NCBI GenBank assembly: GCA_041661385.1
Contig: JBAZUP010000001.1
Location: 418,560-482,559 of the forward strand
Direction of reading: 5' to 3'
Source: Patescibacteria group bacterium
Lineage (GTDB): Bacteria > Patescibacteriota > Patescibacteriia > Magasanikbacterales > GWA2-37-8
Length of the DNA: 64,000 nt
Shown here: piece by piece, positions 28,265 to 37,389 of the stretch
Position numbering within the stretch: the stretch's first letter is position 1
Layout of the letters: each line of letters starts with the position of its first letter
Position numbers and translations under genes: made by a program
Notes under the pieces: generated by a model
Database searches by the model: none
The model's input: the letters and a program-made list of their open reading frames with translations, nothing else
Told to the model about the DNA's origin: nothing

Positions 28265-29077
28265 TTACTTTGTGGCAACAGTAATTAACTGTGGCGAATT
28301 ATCATTATACGGACTTCCGTCCCAATCCCCGTAACATGCAACCTCCTTAAAACCAACTCCTTTGCATAAATCTGTAAATTCTTTATCAGTATATAACCTT
28401 ACTGAATATGGTGTAAGTTCTTCTCTTTTACCGTCTTTTGTTATAAGAGTCCATTCACCGTCTTCTCTTTTTGTGGTCGTATTATAGCGGCGTTTTAGCT
28501 CTAATTCTTTACCGGATAAAAGTTTTCGAACCTGAAAATTCAATAGTTCACCACTAACTAACCGCGGTACGGTTACATGCGTATGCATCAAAAATTTACC
28601 ACCCGGCTTCAGAGCCTCAAAAAATTTTCTGGCAACTTCTTCGTTTTCCTTGTCCGAATCAAAAAAACCAAATGAATAAAACATATTAATCACGGCATCG
28701 AATTCATTTCTGAATTTCAGGTGTCGCATGTCATTTTTTATGAAACGACAATTCTCAATCTTTTTCTCAGATCTTTTATCTTCATCTAATTTTAAAAATC
28801 TTTCATTAATATCTGCACCGGTAACATTAAAACCTGCCTCTGCAAGTGCTAGCGAGTGTCTACCGTAACCACAGGGACAATCTAAAATTTTTGCACCCTT
28901 ATTTAACCCACATAATTTTGCCACACCGGAAATTTCATGGGTGGTCCTTAGCTGCAGGTTCAATGGTGAATTAAGATGTCCTTCGACGGAATCATCAGCT
29001 TCCTTATACAAATCTCCAAAAAAACCTCCATCGCTTTCCCACCACTCTGTTTGTTCTGTTTGCATAACTTGACCCAT
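28265..29077 (-). CDS. class I SAM-dependent methyltransferase
   Basis: ILDCPCGYGRHSLALA, DMR, FDAVINMFYSFGFF, LKPGGKF. Confidence 0.92.
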   Translation of the reverse strand: MGQVMQTEQTEWWESDGGFFGDLYKEADDSVEGHLNSPLNLQLRTTHEISGVAKLCGLNKGAKILDCPCGYGRHSLALAEAGFNVTGADINERFLKLDEDKRSEKKIENCRFIKNDMRHLKFRNEFDAVINMFYSFGFFDSDKENEEVARKFFEALKPGGKFLMHTHVTVPRLVSGELLNFQVRKLLSGKELELKRRYNTTTKREDGEWTLITKDGKREELTPYSVRLYTDKEFTDLCKGVGFKEVACYGDWDGSPYNDNSPQLITVATK

Positions 29078-29128
29078 ATATCTCTTTTTATTAATAAATA
29101 TTTTTAAAAATTATAAACTAAACAAGAT

Positions 29129-30214
29129 TTATTTACTGGTGACTTTTTCATATTCGACATTTCTGTTTAAAAAAGCATTAGCAATAATAAGAGCTTCTTT
29201 TTCAAGTGTACTTCCCGAACTTTTACTTTTTTTCAAAATTAGATCTAGACTTTTGGGAATTTTTTTAAGATCATTCAAAATCCTTTCTTCGTTTGGATTT
29301 TCATTTATATACTGATCTACCACACTCACGATACCACCCGAATTGGCCAAATAGTCCGGAACATACAAAATACCCAATTGATTTAATTTTTCTGCGATTT
29401 CCGGACTTGCTAATTGGTTATTTGCTGACCCGACCACTGCTCGACATTTTAATTCACTAACAGATTTTTCATTTAAAACACCACTAAGTGCCGAAGGGGA
29501 AAAAATATCAACTTCTTGTTTGTGAATCTCCTCTGCCCCAACCACCTTAAGAAATGGAAACTCGGCTAAAATTTTCTTTATTTTTACATCATCAATATCG
29601 GAAATAATTATATTTTTTACATTACTCTTTATTAAAAGCCTTAGTAATTCAGAACCTGTTTTACCAATTCCTTGAATTGCAAAACTGCGTTCCTTTACCT
29701 CACTTGTTCCAAATATTGATGATAATACCGACTCAATACAATATTTAACACCGATTGCCGTGTAGTAACCCGAGTTTACACCCATTCCAATAATAAATTG
29801 ACTTGCTTTACGTAAAATATCTAAATCATCATTACTCACACCTACATCCGTACCAGTGACAAATTTACCATTTAATTCATTTACCTGTTTGGCGTATGTG
29901 GTAAAGAATTTGTTCCGGTCTTTAATTCCGTCTTTTGGTAATACCAGAGCGGCCTTCGCACCGCCGAAGGGCATGCCGGCCAAGGCTGATTTATATGACA
30001 TTAATTTTGACAAACGCAACGCATCGCGCAAGGCTTCTTCATCGGTAGCGTATCTCCACAACCGGGTTGCACCAAGTGAAGGAAAACCATTATTGAGACG
30101 GTGGATTGCAATATATCCCTTCAAGCCAACGGACTCATCTTCAACTAAATAGACACCATAGTTCTCGTCGTACTCTTCAAATTTTTCCAAATACGATTTA
30201 TCTAAAATTTTCAT
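29129..30214 (-). CDS. Leu/Phe/Val dehydrogenase
   Basis: GATRL, ALRLSKLMSYK, FGGAKA, GTDVG, QGIGKTG, GSANNQL, PDYLANSGG. Confidence 0.92.
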   Translation of the reverse strand: MKILDKSYLEKFEEYDENYGVYLVEDESVGLKGYIAIHRLNNGFPSLGATRLWRYATDEEALRDALRLSKLMSYKSALAGMPFGGAKAALVLPKDGIKDRNKFFTTYAKQVNELNGKFVTGTDVGVSNDDLDILRKASQFIIGMGVNSGYYTAIGVKYCIESVLSSIFGTSEVKERSFAIQGIGKTGSELLRLLIKSNVKNIIISDIDDVKIKKILAEFPFLKVVGAEEIHKQEVDIFSPSALSGVLNEKSVSELKCRAVVGSANNQLASPEIAEKLNQLGILYVPDYLANSGGIVSVVDQYINENPNEERILNDLKKIPKSLDLILKKSKSSGSTLEKEALIIANAFLNRNVEYEKVTSK

Positions 30215-30217
30215 ACT

Positions 30218-31927
30218 TTACATTTCTTCGACAGTTTCAATAGTTAAAATTGCTAACATGTTTTTCAAAACCTGGCGCACCGCCTGAGAAAGAACCAAGC
30301 GCGCCGAAGATAATTCTTTTGATTCCGCGCCGACAACTTTGTGCTTATTATAGAAGTTATTATAGGCCTGCGCAAGTTCAAAGACATAGCGCGCGATGGC
30401 TGAAGGATTATAATTTTCCAGTGCTTTTTCAATCACGGTCTCAACCTCCCCCATCATCAAAACCAAAGCCTTTTCTTCGGGGGCAACCAAAGCGCCAAAT
30501 TCCTTTCCGGCGGATATTTTTTCTTTTTTAGCTTTCGCTTCCAAACTATTGATACGGGCGATGGTATATAAAATATACGGCCCGCTAAAACCTTCAAACG
30601 AAGTTGCTTCTTTTAGATCAAAAACTGTATTCTTTACCGCTTCATGTTTTTGCATATCGAATTTCAGCGCTGCCTGAGTTAATATATTTGATGTCGCAAT
30701 GATTTTTTTCTTGGCCCAATCGGCATGGCGCTGTTTTGTTTCTTCAACTATTAGATCAAAAATTTGATCTCGTAAACTTTCATATAAAATCACATTGCCG
30801 CTACGTGAGGACATTTTGCCCTCCGGCAAATTTACGAGCCCATAGCTGAGGTGGGTTAACTTTTGCTTAAACCCAATCAATTCCAAGATTTTATAAAGTT
30901 GTTTGAAATAAAACTTTTGCTCTTCACCGGTGATAACAATACTCTCGTCTACCGGATATTTACTAAATTTTTGTTCGGCCAAAGGAATATCACTGGTTAA
31001 ATAAAGACCGACGCCGTTTGATTTGCGTAAAAGCGCTATATCCAAATTATATTCCGACAAATCCACGATAATCGCACCGCCCTCACCAACTTTCGCTATT
31101 CCTTTTTTTAAAAGCTCATCTACTCTAGCCTGTCCCATTGCTTTAATATCTTTTTCATAAAAAACCGCCATGTGCTTTACCCCGAGCTCTTCAAATAATT
31201 CATCAAACTTGTCGATACTCCATTTTCTGGTCTTGATAAACAGCGGCCAGATTTTTTTATCATTTGCTTCCAATTGTTTTTGTATTTCTTGAACTTCAAC
31301 TTCGCATTCCTGATGATCTTTTAAATAATGGCTCGCTTCGGCGTAAATTTCGCCCAGCCATTTCTGCTTATTGGCAGGGGCTTTTTCATCACCGTGAAAT
31401 TTTTTGAGTCCCCAAAGACATTTGGCGACATGCGAACCAAAATCATTTAAATAATTCACCGGATAAACCTTAACACCAGTTTTTTCATATAACTTAACCA
31501 ATGTATTGCCGATACAGACATTCCGAAAATGACCAATATGAAACTCTTTGTGAGTATTATTGGATGGGTACTCGATCATCACTTTTTTACCTTTGCCAAT
31601 TTCGGTTGAACCAAAATCATCGGTATTTTTTATTACTGATTTGATAACAAAGTTTGCAACCTGTGAAGAATTTAAGAAAAAATTTACATAAGGACCAAAG
31701 GCGGCAACTTTTTCAACTGTTGAATCAGGTTTTAATACACTGGAAATTTTGCTTGCGAGTTCAGTTGCTACCTCGTTTGGTTTTTTACCGGCTACTTTGG
31801 CAATATTAAAACAAGCAAACGCTACGTCACCCATTTCTGGTTTTGGCGGTACTGAAAAAGCCGCAGGATTATCCACCCCGGCTTGTTTTAACAGCTTCTC
31901 AATTTCCTCCTGAATCCCTCGTAGCAT
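30218..31927 (-). CDS. argS: arginine--tRNA ligase
   Basis: GPYVNF, HIGHFRN, KMSSRSG, GPYILYT.ARI.S, C-terminal VEEM. Confidence 0.97.
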   Translation of the reverse strand: MLRGIQEEIEKLLKQAGVDNPAAFSVPPKPEMGDVAFACFNIAKVAGKKPNEVATELASKISSVLKPDSTVEKVAAFGPYVNFFLNSSQVANFVIKSVIKNTDDFGSTEIGKGKKVMIEYPSNNTHKEFHIGHFRNVCIGNTLVKLYEKTGVKVYPVNYLNDFGSHVAKCLWGLKKFHGDEKAPANKQKWLGEIYAEASHYLKDHQECEVEVQEIQKQLEANDKKIWPLFIKTRKWSIDKFDELFEELGVKHMAVFYEKDIKAMGQARVDELLKKGIAKVGEGGAIIVDLSEYNLDIALLRKSNGVGLYLTSDIPLAEQKFSKYPVDESIVITGEEQKFYFKQLYKILELIGFKQKLTHLSYGLVNLPEGKMSSRSGNVILYESLRDQIFDLIVEETKQRHADWAKKKIIATSNILTQAALKFDMQKHEAVKNTVFDLKEATSFEGFSGPYILYTIARINSLEAKAKKEKISAGKEFGALVAPEEKALVLMMGEVETVIEKALENYNPSAIARYVFELAQAYNNFYNKHKVVGAESKELSSARLVLSQAVRQVLKNMLAILTIETVEEM

Positions 31928-31945
31928 AGCTTAAAATGTATCTAA

Positions 31946-32005
31946 ATTATAACATTTTCACTGGGGATTGTCACTCTTGACTCCCGTCTTGGGGTTTGAT
32001 ATGCT
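31946..32005. promoter_or_regulatory. back-to-back promoters for argS (minus) and the ncRNA (plus)
   Basis: Minus: GTGACA-17-TATAAT (-10 at 31946-31951). Plus: TTGACT (31977-31982), 17 bp, TATGCT (32000-32005) with extended TG. Confidence 0.7.
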
Positions 32006-32011
32006 TTTGAG

Positions 32012-32190
32012 GCAATACCCCCTACCAAAAGAAGTCAGCACGGCCGGAATAAGGTTGTGCCCATTAGATCGTTGAGGATACTCACCCCCCGCAGGGCAGC
32101 TTTGATTGCCCTATCTTCACCTCCTATTTGGGACCCAATCAACCTAATTCATTTCATGAAAGCCGACTTCTCCTTGGTAGGGGGCAGTCT
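32012..32190 (+). ncRNA. candidate rod-shaped ncRNA (6S-like or novel)
   Basis: CCCCCTACCAA/TTGGTAGGGGG, AGAAGTC/GACTTCT, AGGTTG/CAACCT, TGAGGATA/TATCTTCA and AGGGCAG/TTGCCCT nest into one rod; own promoter and terminator; no credible ORF. Confidence 0.7.
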
Positions 32191-32197
32191 AACTATA

Positions 32198-32232
32198 AAC
32201 CCCCACGACTAATAATCGTGGGGGATTTTTTT
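32198..32232 (+). terminator. intrinsic terminator of the ncRNA
   Basis: CCCCCACGA-CTAATAA-TCGTGGGGG followed by ATTTTTTT. Confidence 0.8.
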
Positions 32233-32254
32233 ATAAAAAATTAAAAAAAATGGG

Positions 32255-32290
32255 AAAAAAATAACCCGGACGATTGTCCGGATTCTTTTT
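32255..32290 (-). terminator. terminator downstream of tyrS
   Basis: Minus strand AATCCGGAC-AATC-GTCCGGGTT followed by ATTTTTTT. Confidence 0.65.
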
Positions 32291-32355
32291 CCTTCCTTGC
32301 TAATATTATAGCACATTATGCTTTTATCATTTAGCTGCGGGTGTGGATAAGTATC

Positions 32356-33549
32356 CTATTTAACTTTTACAAAAAATCTTTTTCCTTTTTGTATCACATT
32401 ACCTTTTTTTACTTTTGCATCAATCGATTCAACTTTTACATCATCAATTTTTACGCCGCCTTGTTCAACCGCACGGCGCGCGTCGGATTTACTAAGCGAA
32501 AGACCGCTTTCAACCAATACCGTGAGCAAATCGTAAGCAGTCGGTTTTATTTCTAGAATATCGGCAGGTTTTTCTTTGTCTTGAATAACGCTGGAAAAAT
32601 GATCCTGTCCTTTTTTAGCCGCCACCTCACCCAAAAATGTTTTGGTAATCTCAAAGGCCAATCGCAATTTTAAATCACGCGGATTTACGCCTTTCTTAAG
32701 CTCTGTTTTCAATTCTTTTATTTCTTCGGTCGGCACTTTGGTGCAAAGTTCGAAACCGTTCATTATAATTCCATCACCCCAACGCATTACCCGGCCAAAC
32801 ATATCTTCCGGAGTATCGGCGAACGCAATCATATTACCTTCGCTCTTGCCCATTTTTTTACCGCTTTCATCAGCAAGAAGTTTTGTCGTCAAAACAAATT
32901 TTTCTTTTTTCTTTAAATCTTTCATGAGGTCGCGGCCGGCGAGCATATTAAATGTTTGATCATTGCCGCCAATTTCACCATCTACATCCATGGCGACACT
33001 GTCGTAACCCTGAACCAAGGGGTACATAAATTCATGCAAATATATTGGCTTTTGTTCCGTCATTCTTTTTTCAAACATGTCGCGTTCGAGCATGCGTTGA
33101 ACGGTAAAATGCGAGGAAAGCTCGAGGACATCTTCAAAAGAAAGCTTGTTGTTCCAGGTGCTATTATATTTTATTTCCGCCGGATTTTCACCGCCAAAAT
33201 CTAAAATTGTCGATGCTTGAGCCTTATAATTCCGACTATTTTCTTTTACCTGTTCCGTAGTTAATTTTTGTCTCACTGCTGTTTTATCGGTTGGGTCGCC
33301 AATCATGCCGGTAAAATCACCGATTAAAAATATTACTTTATGGCCTAATTCCTGGAATTGGCTTAGTTTTAACATTTGGATTCCATTTCCAATGTGGAGG
33401 GTCGGAGCGGTTGGGTCAAAACCACAATACAAAGTAAGCTGCTTGCCGGATTTAAGCGCTTTTTCTAGAAACTCGCGGGTCGGGTAAACCGCTTCCACTC
33501 CCCGAGTCAGCAACTCCTCAATTTTTTTTGCATCAGTATTTACCTTCAT
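32356..33549 (-). CDS. tyrS: tyrosine--tRNA ligase
   Basis: GFDPTAPTLHIGN, YPLVQGYD, GGNDQTFN, KMGKS, C-terminal S4 domain. Confidence 0.97.
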   Translation of the reverse strand: MKVNTDAKKIEELLTRGVEAVYPTREFLEKALKSGKQLTLYCGFDPTAPTLHIGNGIQMLKLSQFQELGHKVIFLIGDFTGMIGDPTDKTAVRQKLTTEQVKENSRNYKAQASTILDFGGENPAEIKYNSTWNNKLSFEDVLELSSHFTVQRMLERDMFEKRMTEQKPIYLHEFMYPLVQGYDSVAMDVDGEIGGNDQTFNMLAGRDLMKDLKKKEKFVLTTKLLADESGKKMGKSEGNMIAFADTPEDMFGRVMRWGDGIIMNGFELCTKVPTEEIKELKTELKKGVNPRDLKLRLAFEITKTFLGEVAAKKGQDHFSSVIQDKEKPADILEIKPTAYDLLTVLVESGLSLSKSDARRAVEQGGVKIDDVKVESIDAKVKKGNVIQKGKRFFVKVK

Positions 33550-33572
33550 ATTCTTACAATTAAATAAATTGC

Positions 33573-34488
33573 TTATTCAACTACTAAATTTATGTATCTT
33601 GCATGTCTCCTCAAATCTCTAAAGACCTCTTGCTCAATTTGTCTAATACGTTCTTTATTAAGATTCAAAATATCCCCAATCTCACTTAAGATATGCTCGT
33701 GTTTAAAATCTTCCTCTTTTATATCGCTTAGCTTTTTATATTTGTCTCTAAAAAATTTGATATTTATTATTATCTGTATTAAATTCAAAAAAATCATAAC
33801 CTAAACCAAGCCTTAAAGTAATCACTAAAACTTTTTCTACTGACAAACTTTTTAAATATGGAGTTAAATATTTCTCAACAATTTCCTTATTATACAACAC
33901 TTCAATTAAATCTTTCTCATGGTCAACCGTTGATTCATCAATAATATCTAATTGCTTCTTATAATTAGTGCTTGTTTTTTGATTATCGAGTGGACTTTCT
34001 TCCTCTGGAGCATTACGACCGGAAGGACCAAATTCACCGTTATAACTCATGCTTATAACTTTGCCCCGTCTGGATTGAGTTAAAAATTTTGTTAAAACTC
34101 TTTGAAAATCCTGCTCAAGATGCAAACCTAAATATGAGCTAAATTTTGCCCCTCGATCTTTTTCCCATTTTGAATATATTTTGAGCAGCCGAATATTTCC
34201 TTCAGAAATTAGATCTTGTCGTAATTGTTCTTTGTCTATTCCTTGTTCATTTAAAACTTTTGATGCTAAATTTGAACCTAAACATTTATCGGCTATAAAT
34301 GCAATAAAATAATGCATCCTGAGCACAAGCTTGCTTTCTAGCTCCTCCTTTTGCTTTCCGCTTACAGTTATTAATTTCTCAATAATATTTTCAGCTTCAC
34401 TTTCACTAAGCTCAATCGACCCTTCATCAAGGTTGTCTTTCGCTACTTTACTGATTAGGTTTGGGTTATGCTGCCTAAATTCTCCCAT
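33573..34488 (-). pseudogene. sigma-70-like factor split by a frameshift (region 2 in 33748-34488, region 4 in 33573-33797)
   Basis: QDLISEGNIRLL...DRGAKFSSY (region 2); VITLRLGL, then in another frame LSEIGDILNLNKERIRQIE (region 4); removing one T from a T6 run near 33750-33755 fuses them. Confidence 0.7.
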
Positions 34489-34491
34489 AAA

Positions 34492-37161
34492 TTAATTTAA
34501 AGATTTTAATTGTGCTTCAAATTTTAACAATTTATCTTTTACTTCCAGTAACTTAGCTTTTTCTTTTTCTACTACGACCGCAGGCGCGCGGGAAACAAAA
34601 TCAGCGTTGCTAAGCTTCGCTTCAAGGCCGGTGATATATTTTGTAACCGAATCAATTTCATCTTTCAAGCGCTTTGTTTCTTTCCCCTTATCAACCACAC
34701 CTTCAAAATCAACCGCAATCTCCATACCACCGGCCAAAAAGACTTTTTTACCATTATGATTTTCCATTTTTTCAGTTATGACTAGTTTTTCTAAACGCGC
34801 TAATTTCTCAATGATTCCGGCATTTTCAATGACCAATTTCTGATTTTTTTCCGGAACAATGACTGCCGATAGTAATTTAACAGCATCAATTTTATTTTCA
34901 CTGCGCCAAGACCGGATCGCGGTAACAACATTTTTTATTATTTCAAATTGAACCGCAGAATCAAATTTTTTCCTGCCAACTTTTGGCCATTTTTCAACCA
35001 TTAACAGCGCGTCACTTTCATATACTTCTTCCCAAATAGTTTCGGTAACAAATGGCATGAACGGATGCCAAAGTTTTAAAACAGTATTCAATAAATAATT
35101 TAAAACTAAAGACTTGCCGCCTTCAATTTTCGCAATTTCCAAATACCAATCGGCGAGCTCGCCCCAAGTAAAGTCACGCAAAATTTCACCGGCCATTGAA
35201 TAATTATAATTTTCAATTTGCGCCGTAACATCTTTGATTACATTTTGCATTTTTTCTAGAATCCAGGCATCGGCATCTGTTTTTGGCGCCGGCATCTTGA
35301 TGTCCTCGGACGGTTTTTCAATATTAATTAGCATGAAGCGAGAAATATTCCAAAGCTTGTTGGTAAAATTTCTGAAACCGGCAATTTTTTCTTCGGACAA
35401 CTTGAGATCAATACCTGGCGTACTGCCCAGCACCAAAGAAAGTCGGGTCGCATCGGTACCAAACTTCTCAATCATATCAAGCGGGTTGATTACATTTCCG
35501 AGACTTTTACTCATTTTTCTGCCTTGCTCATCACGCACTAAACCATGCAAATAAACCGTCTCAAATGGAATACAACCAAGCGTATAGGTAGTCATGAGAA
35601 TCATTCTCGCCACCCAGAAAAACAAAATATCATGACCGGTTTCCAAAACAGAAGTCGGATGAAAATTTTCTAAATCCCCATTTTCATCTGGCCAGCCTAA
35701 AGTTGAAAAAGTCCAAAGCCCGGAAGAAAACCAAGTATCGAGCGTATCTTTATCTTGCACCCAACCCTCGCCTTCCGGCGCATTTATTCCACAATATATT
35801 TCTTCTTTGCGATACCAAACCGGCACCTGATGACCATACCAAATTTGCCGGCTGATGTTCCAGGGTCGTAAATTATCAATCCAATGGAAATATGTTTTTT
35901 CGAATTGATTCGGGATAATCGTGATCTGTTTACTATTAACCACCTTTTGCATCAATTCTTTTAAAGTTACAGATGCTCCAGATTTTACACCTTTAATTTT
36001 TGATTCCTTTAGCTTAAACTTTTTATTTACATCAATAAACCATTGTAATTTTGGCAATGGTTCTACAATGTCGTTAAATCGATCGGAAGTACCAATATTT
36101 TGAATAATATCTTCTTCTTTTTCGAGCAATTTATGAACGCGGAGATTTTCTAAAATAACGGCCCGAGCTTTCTCAACTTCTAAATCGGAATAGGCCCCGG
36201 CCCGATGAGTCATTTTTCCATCTTCACCGATAACTTGAATCAAATCAATCGGGTTGCCGGCGGCTTTTTGTTTTTCATACATGGCAAAGTCAACGGCGCT
36301 GTGAGCCGGCGTTACGCCAAGCGCGCCAGTACCATAATTCATGTCGATACCGTCGTCGGCAATAATTTTTACCTTAATTTTTTCTCCGACAAATTCCAAA
36401 TCATAGGTTTTTCCAATAAATTGTTTGTAGCGCTTATCATCGGGGTGAACTGCAACCGCGGTATCGCCAAGCTTAGTTTCGGGCCGAGTGGTCGCAATCG
36501 TAATTGGAAAATCCTTAGAATATTTAAAATAATATAATTTTCCCGGGCGTTCGACATAAACCAATTCATCGTCGCTACAGGTAGATTGCCCTTTTACCGA
36601 CCAATTTATAACTCTAAACCCCCGGTAAATAAGCCCATCATCAAACATTTTTTTAAATACCGCTCGGACGGCGCGATTTCGCTGATCATCTAAAGTAAAG
36701 GCTTCTCGGCTCCAATCTAAACTCGCGCCCATTTTTTTACATTGATTTACAATTGTATCATGCGACTCTTTGGCAAATTTTCTCACTTCATTAAGAAATG
36801 CTTCTCTTCCCATTTCTTGTTTCGGTTTTGCCATTTTCTTTTCTTTAATCAAAATGCTTTCAACTTTTGATTCCGTAGCTATCGCGGCATGATCGGTTCC
36901 GGGTATCCAAAGCGTGCGATCACCCTTCATGCGATGATAGCGCACCATAATATCTTCAATCGCGAGCATGGCAGCATGACCCATGTGCAGGGTTCCGGTA
37001 ACATTTGGCGGAGGTAAGACAATTGAAAAATATGACGCATCTTTTTCGGTTACGCCAGCCTTAACACAAACATCCGGATTAAAAAAACCGCTTTCTTCCC
37101 AGCGTTTCCCGATTTTTTCTTCGTAATTCTTGGCTTCAAAAGCCTTTGGCAGATCCTTCAT
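34492..37161 (-). CDS. valS: valine--tRNA ligase
   Basis: PPPNVTGTLHMGHA, PGTDHA, WNISRQIWYGH, DTWFSS, KMSKS; start MKDLPK preferred. Confidence 0.97.
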   Translation of the reverse strand: MKDLPKAFEAKNYEEKIGKRWEESGFFNPDVCVKAGVTEKDASYFSIVLPPPNVTGTLHMGHAAMLAIEDIMVRYHRMKGDRTLWIPGTDHAAIATESKVESILIKEKKMAKPKQEMGREAFLNEVRKFAKESHDTIVNQCKKMGASLDWSREAFTLDDQRNRAVRAVFKKMFDDGLIYRGFRVINWSVKGQSTCSDDELVYVERPGKLYYFKYSKDFPITIATTRPETKLGDTAVAVHPDDKRYKQFIGKTYDLEFVGEKIKVKIIADDGIDMNYGTGALGVTPAHSAVDFAMYEKQKAAGNPIDLIQVIGEDGKMTHRAGAYSDLEVEKARAVILENLRVHKLLEKEEDIIQNIGTSDRFNDIVEPLPKLQWFIDVNKKFKLKESKIKGVKSGASVTLKELMQKVVNSKQITIIPNQFEKTYFHWIDNLRPWNISRQIWYGHQVPVWYRKEEIYCGINAPEGEGWVQDKDTLDTWFSSGLWTFSTLGWPDENGDLENFHPTSVLETGHDILFFWVARMILMTTYTLGCIPFETVYLHGLVRDEQGRKMSKSLGNVINPLDMIEKFGTDATRLSLVLGSTPGIDLKLSEEKIAGFRNFTNKLWNISRFMLINIEKPSEDIKMPAPKTDADAWILEKMQNVIKDVTAQIENYNYSMAGEILRDFTWGELADWYLEIAKIEGGKSLVLNYLLNTVLKLWHPFMPFVTETIWEEVYESDALLMVEKWPKVGRKKFDSAVQFEIIKNVVTAIRSWRSENKIDAVKLLSAVIVPEKNQKLVIENAGIIEKLARLEKLVITEKMENHNGKKVFLAGGMEIAVDFEGVVDKGKETKRLKDEIDSVTKYITGLEAKLSNADFVSRAPAVVVEKEKAKLLEVKDKLLKFEAQLKSLN

Positions 37162-37269
37162 ATTACTCTTTATATATACCGGTCTAATAGGTAATAGTGT
37201 ACTGAAAAATGGCCAAAATGGCAAGTTTTACTCATATTTAAAGGATTATTACATACACAATTAATAGCA

Positions 37270-37298
37270 TTGACAAAATGTGGCGATTCTGGTAATAT
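37270..37298 (+). promoter_or_regulatory. sigma-70 promoter
   Basis: TTGACA, 17 bp, TAATAT with extended TG. Confidence 0.6.
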
Positions 37299-37389
37299 TA
37301 CCAGCTGTCTAAACGGGTGCAAACGCACTAATTATCAATGAACAATCAACAAAATGTTGCTGATTGCTCATTGCTAATTTTAGAAATAC

